Shown in pieces: positions 7,720 through 17,568 of a DNA stretch of 64,000 bases. The notes below the pieces were generated by a model that was not told the origin of the DNA, did not search any database, and saw nothing but the letters and a program-made list of their open reading frames with translations. Source of the DNA: Deltaproteobacteria bacterium (GTDB taxonomy: Bacteria > Desulfobacterota > Dissulfuribacteria > Dissulfuribacterales > UBA3076); NCBI GenBank assembly GCA_003194485.1, contig PQXD01000003.1, forward strand, positions 33,067-97,066, read 5' to 3'. Both the position numbers and the translations under genes were made by a program. Within the stretch, counting starts at the first letter, position 1. The number at the start of each line of letters is the position of its first letter.

Positions 7720-8301
7720 TCTGATTAAACCACTACCTGCTGAAAGCAGGTAGATTTCTTATACGACTGAAAGTCTAACATGGTTCAATCTTTAGTCATT
7801 AGCAATAGTGAAGGCCTCTTTAGGGCTCGCCTTTTCTTGGCTTGCAATATAAGCGGCTATCATTTTTTCTGTAACATTCCCAACTGTTGCACAAAAATAG
7901 CCGCGAGCCCAAAGATGCCTTCCCCAATATCTCTTACGCAAATGCGGAAATTCTTGCTGAATCAGTCGAGAACTTCGTCCTTTCACATATTGAACTATCT
8001 TGCTCGGAGCAAGTTCTGGAGGACATGAAACATGCAGATGAACATGATCCCTGCTAACATGACCATTAAGAATTGTAATATTGCGGGCCTCACAAGTCTG
8101 ACGGATTATCTCCCTGGTTCTAAAAGCCACTTCTCCTTTCAAAACATGATAACGATATTTCGTAACCCATACGAAATGATACTGGATATCATAGATCGTG
8201 TGAGGCCCCTTGCGATATTCTTTGCTTATGGCGATAACCTCCCATGAGCAAGTTTACCACGATCCCTTAACTGCTGAAGCCTTTCGCCTGAAAGGCGAAG
8301 G
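7720..8301 (-). mobile_element. IS200/IS605-family insertion sequence (tnpA only); boundaries approximate
   Basis: A Y1 transposase gene is flanked by subterminal hairpins CTACCTGC-TGAAA-GCAGGTAG (7733-7753) and CCTTTCGCC-TGAAA-GGCGAAGG (8280-8301). No terminal inverted repeats are present, as expected for this family. Confidence 0.7.
7792..8229 (-). CDS. tnpA: IS200/IS605 Y1 transposase TnpA with ATA at the expected start position
   Basis: The frame reads (ATA)SKEYRKGPHTIYDIQYHFVWVTKYRYHVLKGEVA...HVSRDHVHLHVS...YWGRHLWARGYFCATVG, giving the HUH motif and catalytic Y. A GGGAGG SD lies 8 nt upstream of ATA at 8229. The track ORF starts at an internal TTG (8142). Confidence 0.75.
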   Translation of the reverse strand: MSKEYRKGPHTIYDIQYHFVWVTKYRYHVLKGEVAFRTREIIRQTCEARNITILNGHVSRDHVHLHVSCPPELAPSKIVQYVKGRSSRLIQQEFPHLRKRYWGRHLWARGYFCATVGNVTEKMIAAYIASQEKASPKEAFTIAND

Positions 8302-8328
8302 TTTTAGACCTGGCGCATGGAAAAATAA

Positions 8329-9819
8329 ATGTATGGGAAAAGGCCGGTCTTGTTAAAATCCGAGGGGCAAAAGGTCCATTCGTCATCCGGGATTTCATCT
8401 CTTGTCTCACTGGTCAGGCTGACTATCAGGCGCAAGAATCTCTTTGGGCCCGGGACAAGGGTAGTAGTTGCGGTTTCAGGCGGGCCGGATTCGGTCTGCC
8501 TGCTGCACATCCTGTATTTATTGAGCAGCCGGTGGAGGCTCGGCCTTGAAGTAGCCCATTTTGAGCACGGCCTCAGGGGCCGGGAATCCAGAGACGATGC
8601 CCGTTTTGTCGAGAAGCTGGCTCGCGATTTCGGGCTTGGTTTCTCCCTCGAGCACGGCAATGTCAGGGCCTTTGCCAGCAGAGAAGGCACAGGAATTCAG
8701 GAGGCCGCCCGGATCCTCAGGTATGAATTTCTGGAACGTGTGCGCTCCGATACCGGGAGCACACATATTGCCACGGCACATACCGCTGACGACCAGGCAG
8801 AAGAAGTGCTGCTGCGGTTAATCAGAGGTGCAGGCCTTCCGGGACTCAGCGGAATTCCGTGGGTGAGAGACAGCCACATAGTACGTCCGCTGCTGGGTGT
8901 AACCAGGCAGCAGATACTGGATCATCTCAAAGCTCATGGCATCCCGTTCGTAACAGATCGATCCAATAACAGCAGGGCGTATCTGCGCAATCGCATTCGC
9001 AGAGACCTTCTGCCGCTTCTATGCGAGAGCTTCAACCCGGCGATCGTGCGTACTGTCAATCGTACGGCAGAGATGCTGGCAGAAGACCACCTGTTATTAG
9101 AGAATATCGCAGAAAAGGCATATCGGGATTCATTGTCATATCCCGGCCTGGATGGAGAACCGGCCTTCAGTGTAAAAAAGATTAAAAGGCATCCGGGGCC
9201 GATTCGCCGCAGGATTTACAGAATGGCTCTGAGGAACTTAAAGCTGTTCAACGGCAGGGTGACAGCCGCTCATCTCTTGGCGATGGATAAGTTAGCCGTT
9301 GCGTCTAAAGACCCTTGCGCCTCATGCAGGCTGCCAGGAGGTGTACTGGCCTGCAGGTGCTATGATGAGCTTTTTATTTCTGCCGGCGGCCGGGAAGAAC
9401 GGTTTTTTAATTCGAATAACAGGGAGCGTTCTATAAGAGTTACCGGGCCTGGACGTTGGCCTGCTCCTCATGGAAAGGGATACGTTGAAATTTCGCTCTC
9501 GGATGTCACTGATAACTACAGGTCCCGAAATCGAAGGGACTATTTCAGCCCGCTGTGGTTAAATCCTGAGGCCGTCGGTTTCCCTCTGGATCTCAGGACA
9601 AGAAGGCCCGGAGAAATTTTTTGGCCCCTGGGCGCCAGGGGACCTTTTAAGCTCAAGAAATTCCTGATCTCAAGCAAGGTCCCCAAAGGGATCAGGGATT
9701 CTTTGCCATTGCTCGCCAGAGGAAAGGAGGTAGTGGCAATAGTGGGGGTTGAAATAGCTCATCCATACAGGCTTCTCCAGACGAGCAAAAGGGCGCTCTC
9801 ACTTCAGTGGATAAAGTGA
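8329..9819 (+). CDS. tilS: tRNA(Ile)-lysidine synthetase
   Basis: The PP-loop is VVVAVSGGPDSVCLL and the gene sits in tilS-ftsH synteny. The exact start is uncertain. Confidence 0.85.
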   Translation: MYGKRPVLLKSEGQKVHSSSGISSLVSLVRLTIRRKNLFGPGTRVVVAVSGGPDSVCLLHILYLLSSRWRLGLEVAHFEHGLRGRESRDDARFVEKLARDFGLGFSLEHGNVRAFASREGTGIQEAARILRYEFLERVRSDTGSTHIATAHTADDQAEEVLLRLIRGAGLPGLSGIPWVRDSHIVRPLLGVTRQQILDHLKAHGIPFVTDRSNNSRAYLRNRIRRDLLPLLCESFNPAIVRTVNRTAEMLAEDHLLLENIAEKAYRDSLSYPGLDGEPAFSVKKIKRHPGPIRRRIYRMALRNLKLFNGRVTAAHLLAMDKLAVASKDPCASCRLPGGVLACRCYDELFISAGGREERFFNSNNRERSIRVTGPGRWPAPHGKGYVEISLSDVTDNYRSRNRRDYFSPLWLNPEAVGFPLDLRTRRPGEIFWPLGARGPFKLKKFLISSKVPKGIRDSLPLLARGKEVVAIVGVEIAHPYRLLQTSKRALSLQWIK

Positions 9820-9936
9820 GGGCTCATATAAAATAATTATTGTATTAATTGCGTTATTTTGATTTATTATAATTTTTGATTTATGTTTAAATGATATTTT
9901 AAACGATATAAAGAATATCATAAGCGGAGGAAATTT

Positions 9937-11760
9937 TTGAATACCTTTTACAGGAACCTGAGCCTGTGGCTTGTTATCGGCCTTGTGATGGTCTTTATAT
10001 TCAATCTCTTTAACGAGCCCCAAAAATCAATACAGGAGATCCCATACAGCGACTTTTTGAAACAAGTTGAAAAAGGTGAGGTGACCGGTGTTGCCATCCA
10101 GGGAGATAGACTTGAGGGTATGCTTGAGAGCCAGACATCTTTTTTTACCATAATACCCGCACAGGACCCGGATATGATGCGCCTGTTGAAAGAAAAAGGC
10201 ATTACCATCCAGGTAAAACCTGTCAAGGAAACTCCCTGGTATCTTACATTGCTGATTTCCTGGTTTCCGATGTTGCTCCTCATTGGTGTATGGATTTTCT
10301 TTATGAGACAGATGCAGACAGGAGGTGGCCGTGCCCTGTCCTTTGGCCGCAGCAAGGCAAAGATTGTTACCGATCAGAATACCAAGGTCACATTTAAAGA
10401 TGTGGCAGGAATAGAAGAGGCCAAGGAGGAGCTGGAGGAAGTAATCGATTTTCTGAAAGATCCCAAGAAGTTCACCCGTCTCGGAGGCAGAATTCCAAAG
10501 GGTGTATTGCTGATCGGGTCGCCCGGTACGGGGAAGACCCTTCTGGCCCGGGCCATAGCCGGAGAGGCGGATGTGCCGTTTTTCAATATCAGCGGGTCTG
10601 ACTTTGTTGAAATGTTTGTCGGTGTGGGTGCTTCCAGGGTAAGAGACCTTTTTGTCCAGGCAAAGAAAAACGCACCATGCATTATCTTCATTGACGAGCT
10701 GGATGCAGTGGGACGCCACAGGGGTACCGGGCTGGGAGGCGGACATGACGAAAGGGAACAGACATTAAATCAGCTTCTGGTGGAGATGGACGGTTTTGAG
10801 AGCACCGGAGGGATTATTTTGGTTGCAGCCACCAACAGGCCTGACGTACTGGACCCCGCCCTGTTGAGACCCGGCCGCTTCGATCGACAGATAGTTGTCC
10901 CCGTACCCGATCTCAAGGGACGTGAAAATATATTGAAGGTACACGTGAACGGCGTTCCGCTCGGACCCGATGTCGAACTGGCATTAATTGCCAGGGGCAC
11001 GCCAGGGTTCTCCGGAGCCGATCTTGAAAATCTTGTAAACGAGGCGGCCCTTCTTGCAGCCAGAGAAAGCAAAGAGACCGTCAGCATGGCTGACTTTGAG
11101 AAGGCCAAAGACAAGGTGCTCATGGGCACCGAGAGAAAAAGCCTTATCATTTCGGATGAGGAAAAGCGCGTAACTGCCTACCATGAAGCAGGACACACAC
11201 TGGTGGCAAAGATTCTCCCCGGCACCGACCCGATTCACAAGGTGACCATTATACCGAGGGGCCGTACCCTCGGGCTCACCCAGCAGCTTCCTGAGGATGA
11301 GCGCCATAGCTATCCAAGGTCGTATCTTCTCAACAACCTTGCAATTCTCATGGGGGGCAGGGTGGCAGAAGAGCTGATAATGAATGAATTTACCACCGGG
11401 GCCGGGAATGACATTGAAAGGGCCTCGCATCTGGCGAGAAAGATGGTCTGTGAGTGGGGTATGAGTGACGGGCTTGGTCCGATAGCATTCGGCAGGAAGG
11501 AAGAACACCCGTTTCTCGGCAGGGACTTCAGCCAGGTTAAAGACTACAGCGAAGAAACCGCCAGGAGAATAGACAAAGAGATCCTGAAAATGGTGCATGA
11601 TTCATACAAACGGGCCAAGTCGATAATTCAAGAGGATATCGATTGCCTTCACGGTATTGCCAACGCCTTATTGGAACATGAGGCCCTTGATGCATCGAGT
11701 ATCGACCAGATAATGAGTAAGTGCAGAAAAAATACTCGGATCCAAATGGCATCTGCCTGA
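9937..11760 (+). CDS. ftsH: ATP-dependent zinc metalloprotease FtsH
   Basis: Two N-terminal TM segments, Walker A GSPGTGKT, Walker B IIFIDELD and the zinc motif HEAGH. The TTG start follows a GGAGGA RBS. Confidence 0.95.
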   Translation: MNTFYRNLSLWLVIGLVMVFIFNLFNEPQKSIQEIPYSDFLKQVEKGEVTGVAIQGDRLEGMLESQTSFFTIIPAQDPDMMRLLKEKGITIQVKPVKETPWYLTLLISWFPMLLLIGVWIFFMRQMQTGGGRALSFGRSKAKIVTDQNTKVTFKDVAGIEEAKEELEEVIDFLKDPKKFTRLGGRIPKGVLLIGSPGTGKTLLARAIAGEADVPFFNISGSDFVEMFVGVGASRVRDLFVQAKKNAPCIIFIDELDAVGRHRGTGLGGGHDEREQTLNQLLVEMDGFESTGGIILVAATNRPDVLDPALLRPGRFDRQIVVPVPDLKGRENILKVHVNGVPLGPDVELALIARGTPGFSGADLENLVNEAALLAARESKETVSMADFEKAKDKVLMGTERKSLIISDEEKRVTAYHEAGHTLVAKILPGTDPIHKVTIIPRGRTLGLTQQLPEDERHSYPRSYLLNNLAILMGGRVAEELIMNEFTTGAGNDIERASHLARKMVCEWGMSDGLGPIAFGRKEEHPFLGRDFSQVKDYSEETARRIDKEILKMVHDSYKRAKSIIQEDIDCLHGIANALLEHEALDASSIDQIMSKCRKNTRIQMASA

Positions 11761-11770
11761 TACTGCAAGG

Positions 11771-12622
11771 ATGTCCCTCCCCGGTTTGGCTATAAAAGGG
11801 CATACATTTCACTGGGGTTCTCGTACATATATCATGGGGGTCATAAACGTGACCCCTGATTCATTTTCAGACGGCGGGAAATTCTCTTCCCCGGAAGGGG
11901 CTAAGCAGCAGGCCGCCTCCCTGATAGCCGCCGGGGCTGATATCCTGGACATAGGAGGGGAGTCTGCCCGGCCTTTCTCAGAGCCTGTTACCCTGGAAGA
12001 AGAATTGCGCCGGGTAATACCTGCCATAAGGGAAATACGGAAAATCAGTGACTGTCCGATATCCGTTGACACCGTGAAGGCCGAGATGGCCGAGGCCGCC
12101 CTCAGCGAGGGGGCCGACATTATCAACGATATCAGTGCGCTGCGCTTTGATCCAAGGATGGCCGATGTGGCATCCGCCCTTGAGGCCCCTGTTATACTTA
12201 TGCACATGAAGGGGACCCCCAGATATATGCAGGTAAACCCCAGCTATGAGGATGTAGTCGGAGAAGTCAAGCTCTTTTTGGAAAAACGCGTGACCTGGGC
12301 AAACAGCAAGGGCATACCCAGGGAAAAGATACTGATTGATCCAGGCATCGGGTTTGGGAAAAACTTTCATGACAACCTGGTTTTAATTAATCATTTGCAG
12401 GAATTTACCGAGTTAGGAGTGCCGGTCGTGGTGGGTGTATCGCGCAAGGCATTTCTGGGGACAATAACAGGGATAAAAGAGGCGGAAGAGCGTGACGTGG
12501 CCACTCTGGGTGCGGTAGCGGCGTCATCCATGAGAGGGGCGGACCTGGTAAGGGTCCATAATGTTGCCCTCACCAGGCAGGTGCTCCAGGTAGTTGATGC
12601 TATCTGCAGAGAGAGTCTTTAA
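11771..12622 (+). CDS. folP: dihydropteroate synthase
   Basis: Pterin-binding domain with IMGVINVTPDSFSDGG and DIGGESARP. Confidence 0.9.
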   Translation: MSLPGLAIKGHTFHWGSRTYIMGVINVTPDSFSDGGKFSSPEGAKQQAASLIAAGADILDIGGESARPFSEPVTLEEELRRVIPAIREIRKISDCPISVDTVKAEMAEAALSEGADIINDISALRFDPRMADVASALEAPVILMHMKGTPRYMQVNPSYEDVVGEVKLFLEKRVTWANSKGIPREKILIDPGIGFGKNFHDNLVLINHLQEFTELGVPVVVGVSRKAFLGTITGIKEAEERDVATLGAVAASSMRGADLVRVHNVALTRQVLQVVDAICRESL

Positions 12623-12677
12623 TGAAATAAATGTTGAATTTCGAATTTAATAAAGGGGGGTAACCTTAATTCAAAAT

Positions 12678-13077
12678 GTAAATATTCGGTGAACCCGTTA
12701 TATCCTGCCTTGAAGCGGTTACCTTTTTCCGGGTTTCAAAGCTCACTCATCGCGGACCGGAGAGGCAGTGCAATCCGGCCCGCGATCGAAACCCTGCAAA
12801 AGGCAAACCGCTCCTGCGGCAGGGCGCGGATGGCAACCGTTCACAGGAAGGGGATATTTCTTTGAACAGTTTATAACGGAAGCCCCCGTAGTTTTCTCGG
12901 CTTTTGCTGTGGGGGAAACTGCATCGCCTTAAGCGCAGCGTAGGGCGAATGCAGAGGGGGCAGGACATCCCCCATGTCAAAAGCCTTAAGAAAACAAGGG
13001 GCTGAAGTGTGAAGTGAAAAGAAATATCCCCTGCCAGTGAACGGTTACGTAGGGTCACGGGTTCAGCGAATATTTAC
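12678..13077 (+). mobile_element. MITE copy A (400 bp, full modular form)
   Basis: The TIRs are GTAAATATTCGGTGAACCCGT and the reverse complement GTAAATATTCGCTGAACCCGT. An exact 8-bp direct duplication TTCAAAAT flanks it at 12670-12677 and 13078-13085. Confidence 0.85.
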
Positions 13078-13167
13078 TTCAAAATTCAACATTATCTATA
13101 AAAAAATATACATCTGGAATATTTTGAGCGAAATCCCGTTCCAGGACCCTTTACAGTGTAATCTTTA

Positions 13168-13965
13168 ATGTTCAATAATCTCATCTCATATATACCAATA
13201 ATTCGATGGCAGGATGTAGTAGACATTTTAGTGGTCTCCTACATCATATACCGTGTCATCCTTCTTATCAGAGGGACACGGGCTGTACAGATGGCGGCAG
13301 GGCTGGCTGTTATTATAGTGATTTACTTTGCAGCCGGAGAGTTGAAACTCTTCACCCTGCACTGGCTGCTGGGAACCGTCCTTAGTTCCCTGTTTCTACT
13401 CATCATTATAATATTTCAGGACGATATCCGAAGAGCGCTGGCCCAGATGGGCCAGACACCTTTCCCGAAGTTCCGGGTCAAGACCTTTCAGGCCCTTGAA
13501 GAGATTGCAAAGGCAGTCTCTACTTTAATAAAGAGCCGTACAGGTGCCTTGATAGTACTTGAGAGGGATGTAGGCCTAAACGACTATCTTGAATCAGGAG
13601 TGGTAATTGACGGGCAGGTAACTCGTGCCTTGCTCTGCACAATATTTGACAAGGGATCCCGGTTGCATGACGGCGCAGTGATTATCCAGAAAGGCAGGCT
13701 TTCAGTGGCTGGGTGCGTGCTGCCCTTGAGCATGAATCCGAACATCAGTAAGCGCCTGGGCACAAGACACAGGGCGGCCATAGGCATAACCGAGCAAACT
13801 GATGCTGTGGCAGTGGTGGTTTCCGAAGAGACCGGCAGTCTCTCTGTGGCCATTGCCGGGAAAATCACCAGAGACATAGATCCCGATACGCTCAGACGTA
13901 TCCTGCATAACACCTTTGCAGGTGAAGAGACTGAAAAACCATGGTGGCGAAGGAGGATAGCTTAG
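13168..13965 (+). CDS. cdaA: diadenylate cyclase CdaA (c-di-AMP synthase)
   Basis: Three N-terminal TM helices and a DAC domain with LHDGAVII and GTRHRAA motifs. Confidence 0.9.
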   Translation: MFNNLISYIPIIRWQDVVDILVVSYIIYRVILLIRGTRAVQMAAGLAVIIVIYFAAGELKLFTLHWLLGTVLSSLFLLIIIIFQDDIRRALAQMGQTPFPKFRVKTFQALEEIAKAVSTLIKSRTGALIVLERDVGLNDYLESGVVIDGQVTRALLCTIFDKGSRLHDGAVIIQKGRLSVAGCVLPLSMNPNISKRLGTRHRAAIGITEQTDAVAVVVSEETGSLSVAIAGKITRDIDPDTLRRILHNTFAGEETEKPWWRRRIA

Positions 13966-13968
13966 TCT

Positions 13969-14901
13969 GTGCACCGGCGAGGTCTTTTTCGTAAAGATTG
14001 GGTCCCCAAGCTCCTCTCATTGGCATTTGCTTTGCTGCTTTGGTTCTTTGTGGTTGGAGGGGAAAAGGCCGAGGTAAGCGTCTCCATTCCGCTTGAAGTA
14101 GTAAACATACCCGCAGGCCTGGTAATAGCAAACGATATTCCTTCCAATATTAATGTGAGGGTCTATGGCCCCCGCAGCCTGATTCGTACCATGGCTGCCA
14201 AGGGTATTTTGAAGGTAATTGATCTTAAAGACGCAACACCGGGCAAAATCACTGTCCATATATCACCCGATAGCCTTTCTTTGCCCGGTGCGGTCAGGGC
14301 GCTCAGGATACAGCCCAGCAATGTTGAAATAATGCTGGAGCCTCTCGTGTTAAGTGATTTTCCAGTAAAACCGGTTCTAAAAGGTACGGCTGCCAAATAT
14401 TACAAAGTGCTGGACGCGTATGTAACCCCTCCGAGGGTAGTCCTTTCAGGGCCTGAAAGTGTAATAAAGGCCATGAAAGAAGTAAAGACATTCCCAGTGG
14501 ATATTGAAGGGGCTTCGGATGAGATTACCAGGAAGGTAGGCCTGGATCTTCAGGGACTTAATGTGTCGCTCGAAGAAAAGGCAACATATAAAGTCACTGT
14601 ACGTATAGTGCCTGTCCATGGGATAAGGCGCATCACTCATATACCGGTGTACATTGAAAACAACGAAGCAGGCGCTTCATGGTGGCCCAGAATAGTAAGT
14701 GTGACTTTACGGGGATCCTTACTGGATCTCAGAGAAATCGAGGCCAAAGATATACATGTAAGGATTTCGATAAAGGGTCTTGGGCCCGGCATCCACTCGT
14801 TGGAGCCTGAATGCATTGTCCCTGAAGGATTCACATTAATGGAAATAACGCCTCGAAATATCAAAGTGAATATTCCCAAGGGCTCGCAAATAAATAAGTG
14901 A
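13969..14901 (+). CDS. cdaR: YbbR-domain CdaA regulator CdaR
   Basis: N-terminal TM anchor, repeated YbbR-like beta modules, and conserved position between cdaA and glmM. Confidence 0.75.
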   Translation: MHRRGLFRKDWVPKLLSLAFALLLWFFVVGGEKAEVSVSIPLEVVNIPAGLVIANDIPSNINVRVYGPRSLIRTMAAKGILKVIDLKDATPGKITVHISPDSLSLPGAVRALRIQPSNVEIMLEPLVLSDFPVKPVLKGTAAKYYKVLDAYVTPPRVVLSGPESVIKAMKEVKTFPVDIEGASDEITRKVGLDLQGLNVSLEEKATYKVTVRIVPVHGIRRITHIPVYIENNEAGASWWPRIVSVTLRGSLLDLREIEAKDIHVRISIKGLGPGIHSLEPECIVPEGFTLMEITPRNIKVNIPKGSQINK

Positions 14902-14907
14902 AATGTA

Positions 14908-14949
14908 AACCGCTTCAAGGCAGGATATAACGGGTCACCGAATATTTAC
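14908..14949. mobile_element. MITE terminal fragment or footprint (42 bp)
   Basis: AACCGCTTCAAGGCAGGATATAACGGGTCACCGAATATTTAC equals the module-1 terminus of the MITE. It is preceded by GTAAA. The flanks AGTGAAAT and TGTTAAAT match at 6 of 8 positions. Confidence 0.7.
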
Positions 14950-14991
14950 TGTTAAATGTCGAATTATAGAAGGAATCCAGGAGGTCATCAA

Positions 14992-16347
14992 ATGCGCAAG
15001 TTGTTCGGCACAGACGGCATTCGCGGGATGGCTAACATCCATCCCATGACTACTGATATTGCCATGAAGATCGGCCGTGCCGTAGCCTATATGTTTAGAA
15101 ATCGTCGCGGGCGCCATCCCAGGATACTTATAGGGAAGGACACCCGGTTGTCGTGCTATATGCTGGAGAATGCGCTTGCAGCCGGAATATGTTCAATGGG
15201 AGTGGATGTTTTGCTGCTGGGGCCCATGCCTACTCCGGCCATTGCATTTCTTACCGCCAATATGAGAGCTGATGCCGGGGTAGTTATATCAGCGTCCCAT
15301 AATCCCTTTCAGGATAATGGGATAAAACTCTTTTCGGGTGAGGGCTTTAAATTGCCCGATGAATTAGAGGAACGAATAGAGGAACTGATGGATTCTGAGG
15401 CCCTGATAAAATCCCAGCCGACAGGACAGAATGTCGGCAAGGCCTTCCGCATTGACGATGCCCCCGGCAGGTACATAGTATTTCTGAAAAATACGTTTCC
15501 AAAGGATCTTGCCCTGGATGGCGTTAAGGTCGTGCTGGACTGTGCACATGGTGCGACCTACAAGGTGGCTCCTGCTGTTTTTGAAGAGCTTGGGGCCGAT
15601 GTAATCAGATTGGGAGTGAGCCCGAACGGCACCAATATTAACTACAGGTGCGGAGCCATTTATCCTGAACTCATACAGAAGGCCGTGGGCGAGCACAACG
15701 CCGATATCGGGATCGCTCTTGACGGTGATGGTGATCGTGTAATAGTAGTTGACGAAAAGGGTTCAGTGGTCAATGGAGATCACCTTATGGCAATATGCGC
15801 CTATGATATGATTGACAGGGGCAGACTCAACTTTAATACCGTAGTGGCGACGGTTATGAGCAATATAGGACTTGAGGTCGCCCTGGAGAATAAAGGCGGG
15901 CGTCTGGTCAGAACGCAGGTTGGTGACCGCTACGTAGTGGAGACCATGAGGAGGACAGGTTACAACTTCGGTGGTGAGCAGTCAGGACACCTGATATTCC
16001 TGGATCATATAACTACAGGAGATGGCATCCTGGCTGCCCTGCAGCTTCTGGCTATCATGCAAAGGAAAGAAAGGCCCCTTTCAGGACTTGCCGACATAAT
16101 GGATTCCTTTCCCCAGGTACTACATAATGTCCGCGTGCGGGAAAAGAAGAACGTGGATGAAATTGCCGGTCTCAAGGAACTCAAGGACCAGTTAGAGAAA
16201 GATCTTAAACGCAGAGGCAGAATACTTGTCAGGGCCTCCGGCACTGAGCCGGTTATACGCATAATGGTTGAAGGTGAAAAAGAGGAGCAGATTCACGCCA
16301 TAGCCCTGACGATGGGTAATCATATTAAGTCGGTCTTCGGTATTTAG
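14992..16347 (+). CDS. glmM: phosphoglucosamine mutase
   Basis: [13 protein letters not shown]-terminus and active-site [13 protein letters not shown]. The track start at 14956 would add 12 aa running into the MITE fragment. Confidence 0.92.
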   Translation: MRKLFGTDGIRGMANIHPMTTDIAMKIGRAVAYMFRNRRGRHPRILIGKDTRLSCYMLENALAAGICSMGVDVLLLGPMPTPAIAFLTANMRADAGVVISASHNPFQDNGIKLFSGEGFKLPDELEERIEELMDSEALIKSQPTGQNVGKAFRIDDAPGRYIVFLKNTFPKDLALDGVKVVLDCAHGATYKVAPAVFEELGADVIRLGVSPNGTNINYRCGAIYPELIQKAVGEHNADIGIALDGDGDRVIVVDEKGSVVNGDHLMAICAYDMIDRGRLNFNTVVATVMSNIGLEVALENKGGRLVRTQVGDRYVVETMRRTGYNFGGEQSGHLIFLDHITTGDGILAALQLLAIMQRKERPLSGLADIMDSFPQVLHNVRVREKKNVDEIAGLKELKDQLEKDLKRRGRILVRASGTEPVIRIMVEGEKEEQIHAIALTMGNHIKSVFGI

Positions 16348-16369
16348 TATTCCTGACAGGCCCTCAGTC

Positions 16370-17545
16370 TCAGTCCGCCTTTTGCCTGATAAAGGCAGGG
16401 ATGTCCAATTCACTGTCGTCCAGCTTGTCAAGGCCCTCAAAGTTTGATATCTGTTTTCTCGGCCTTTTTTTCAGGCCTGATTCCAATATGTGATTCATTT
16501 GGATGCAGGTCGTCGGATCACGATCCGGTTTCACAGTTTTATTCTTTTTCTTTATGGATTCTATGTGCTTTTCAAGGGATGGAGCAACAGTCCCTATGCC
16601 GGTGGCTATGACTGTTATCCTGATCTCTTCGTCTATGCCGTCGTCAAATACGGTACCGAGGATGATATTGGCGTCCTCATGGGCCTCGTCACGAATCAAG
16701 GATGATGACTGCTCCACCTCCTCCATACTCAGGGTAGAACTGCTTGCAGTGATATTGATCAGTATGCCCCTGGCTCCGCTTATGGAGATGTCTTCGAGCA
16801 ATGGATTGGCTATGGCCATTTGTACTGCCTCCAGTGCCCTGCGCGATCCCCTGGCAACACCGGTACCCATGAGGGCCATCCCCATTTCAGCCGTGACAGT
16901 GCGAACATCCGCAAAATCCACGTTTATATATCCCTTCAGGACTATGAGGTCTGAAATACCTCTTACTGCATAGTAGAGGACCTCGTCTGCCTTTCGGAAC
17001 ATCTCGAGTATCGGGGTGTTAGGCTGTGCAAGACTTCTGAGACGGTCGTTTGGTATGGTTATTATGGTATCTACAACATCTTTTAATTCTTTTATCCCTT
17101 CTTCTGCAACTTGCGTCCTGCGATTTCCTTCAAAGGAAAAAGGTTTTGTCACTACCGCTACTGTAAGGGCGCCGATTTCCTTACTGATTTCGGCAATGAC
17201 GGGGGCCCCTCCGGTGCCGGTGCCTCCGCCCATGCCGGCAGTGATGAAGACCATATCGCTTCCTTCCAGCATTGCCCGGATATCGTCTACGCTCTCTTCT
17301 GCGGCCTCCCTGCCGATTTCAGGTTTTGCCCCTGCTCCGAGTCCCCTGGTGAGCCCTTTACCCAGTTGAATCTTATTAGAGGCCAAAGACATTTCAAGGG
17401 CCTGGGAATCCGTATTTGCAGCCACAAATTCAACCCCCTTGAGTTCGGAGGCTATCATGTTGTTAATAGCGTTTCCGCCTCCGCCTCCGACTCCTATTGC
17501 CTTTATCTTTGCACTGAGGTTTGGTTCTATAAACTCAAACGACAT
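16370..17545 (-). CDS. ftsZ: cell division GTPase FtsZ
   Basis: The tubulin signature is GVGGGGGNAINNM. The ATG at 17545 is preceded by GGAGGA; the track ORF is 13 codons longer. Confidence 0.95.
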   Translation of the reverse strand: MSFEFIEPNLSAKIKAIGVGGGGGNAINNMIASELKGVEFVAANTDSQALEMSLASNKIQLGKGLTRGLGAGAKPEIGREAAEESVDDIRAMLEGSDMVFITAGMGGGTGTGGAPVIAEISKEIGALTVAVVTKPFSFEGNRRTQVAEEGIKELKDVVDTIITIPNDRLRSLAQPNTPILEMFRKADEVLYYAVRGISDLIVLKGYINVDFADVRTVTAEMGMALMGTGVARGSRRALEAVQMAIANPLLEDISISGARGILINITASSSTLSMEEVEQSSSLIRDEAHEDANIILGTVFDDGIDEEIRITVIATGIGTVAPSLEKHIESIKKKNKTVKPDRDPTTCIQMNHILESGLKKRPRKQISNFEGLDKLDDSELDIPAFIRQKAD

Positions 17546-17568
17546 ATGTTTGGTCCTCCAACTGATAT

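Noticed and set aside
10027-10746. Long antisense or out-of-frame ORFs within well-supported genes, for example 10027-10746(-), 21036-21821(+), 24988-25710(+), 35779-36558(+), 45123-45803(+), 53567-54277(+) and 55992-56918(+).
   Set aside because: They are shadow ORFs of ftsH, murC, mraY, purD, porD/porG, the Gate-domain protein and the oxidoreductase/lpxI. They have no motifs and no independent start signals.
12747-13058. Track ORFs inside MITE copies (12747-13058, 33430-34016, 34608-34977, 37011-37256, 52638-53021, 63528-63752). They share peptide strings such as ALKRLPFSGFQSSLIADRRGSAIRPAIETLQKANR.
   Set aside because: The reading frame is not preserved between copies: copy B has an indel that shifts it. 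The ORFs run on both strands of the palindrome, no RBS is present, and substitutions follow base pairing rather than codon structure.
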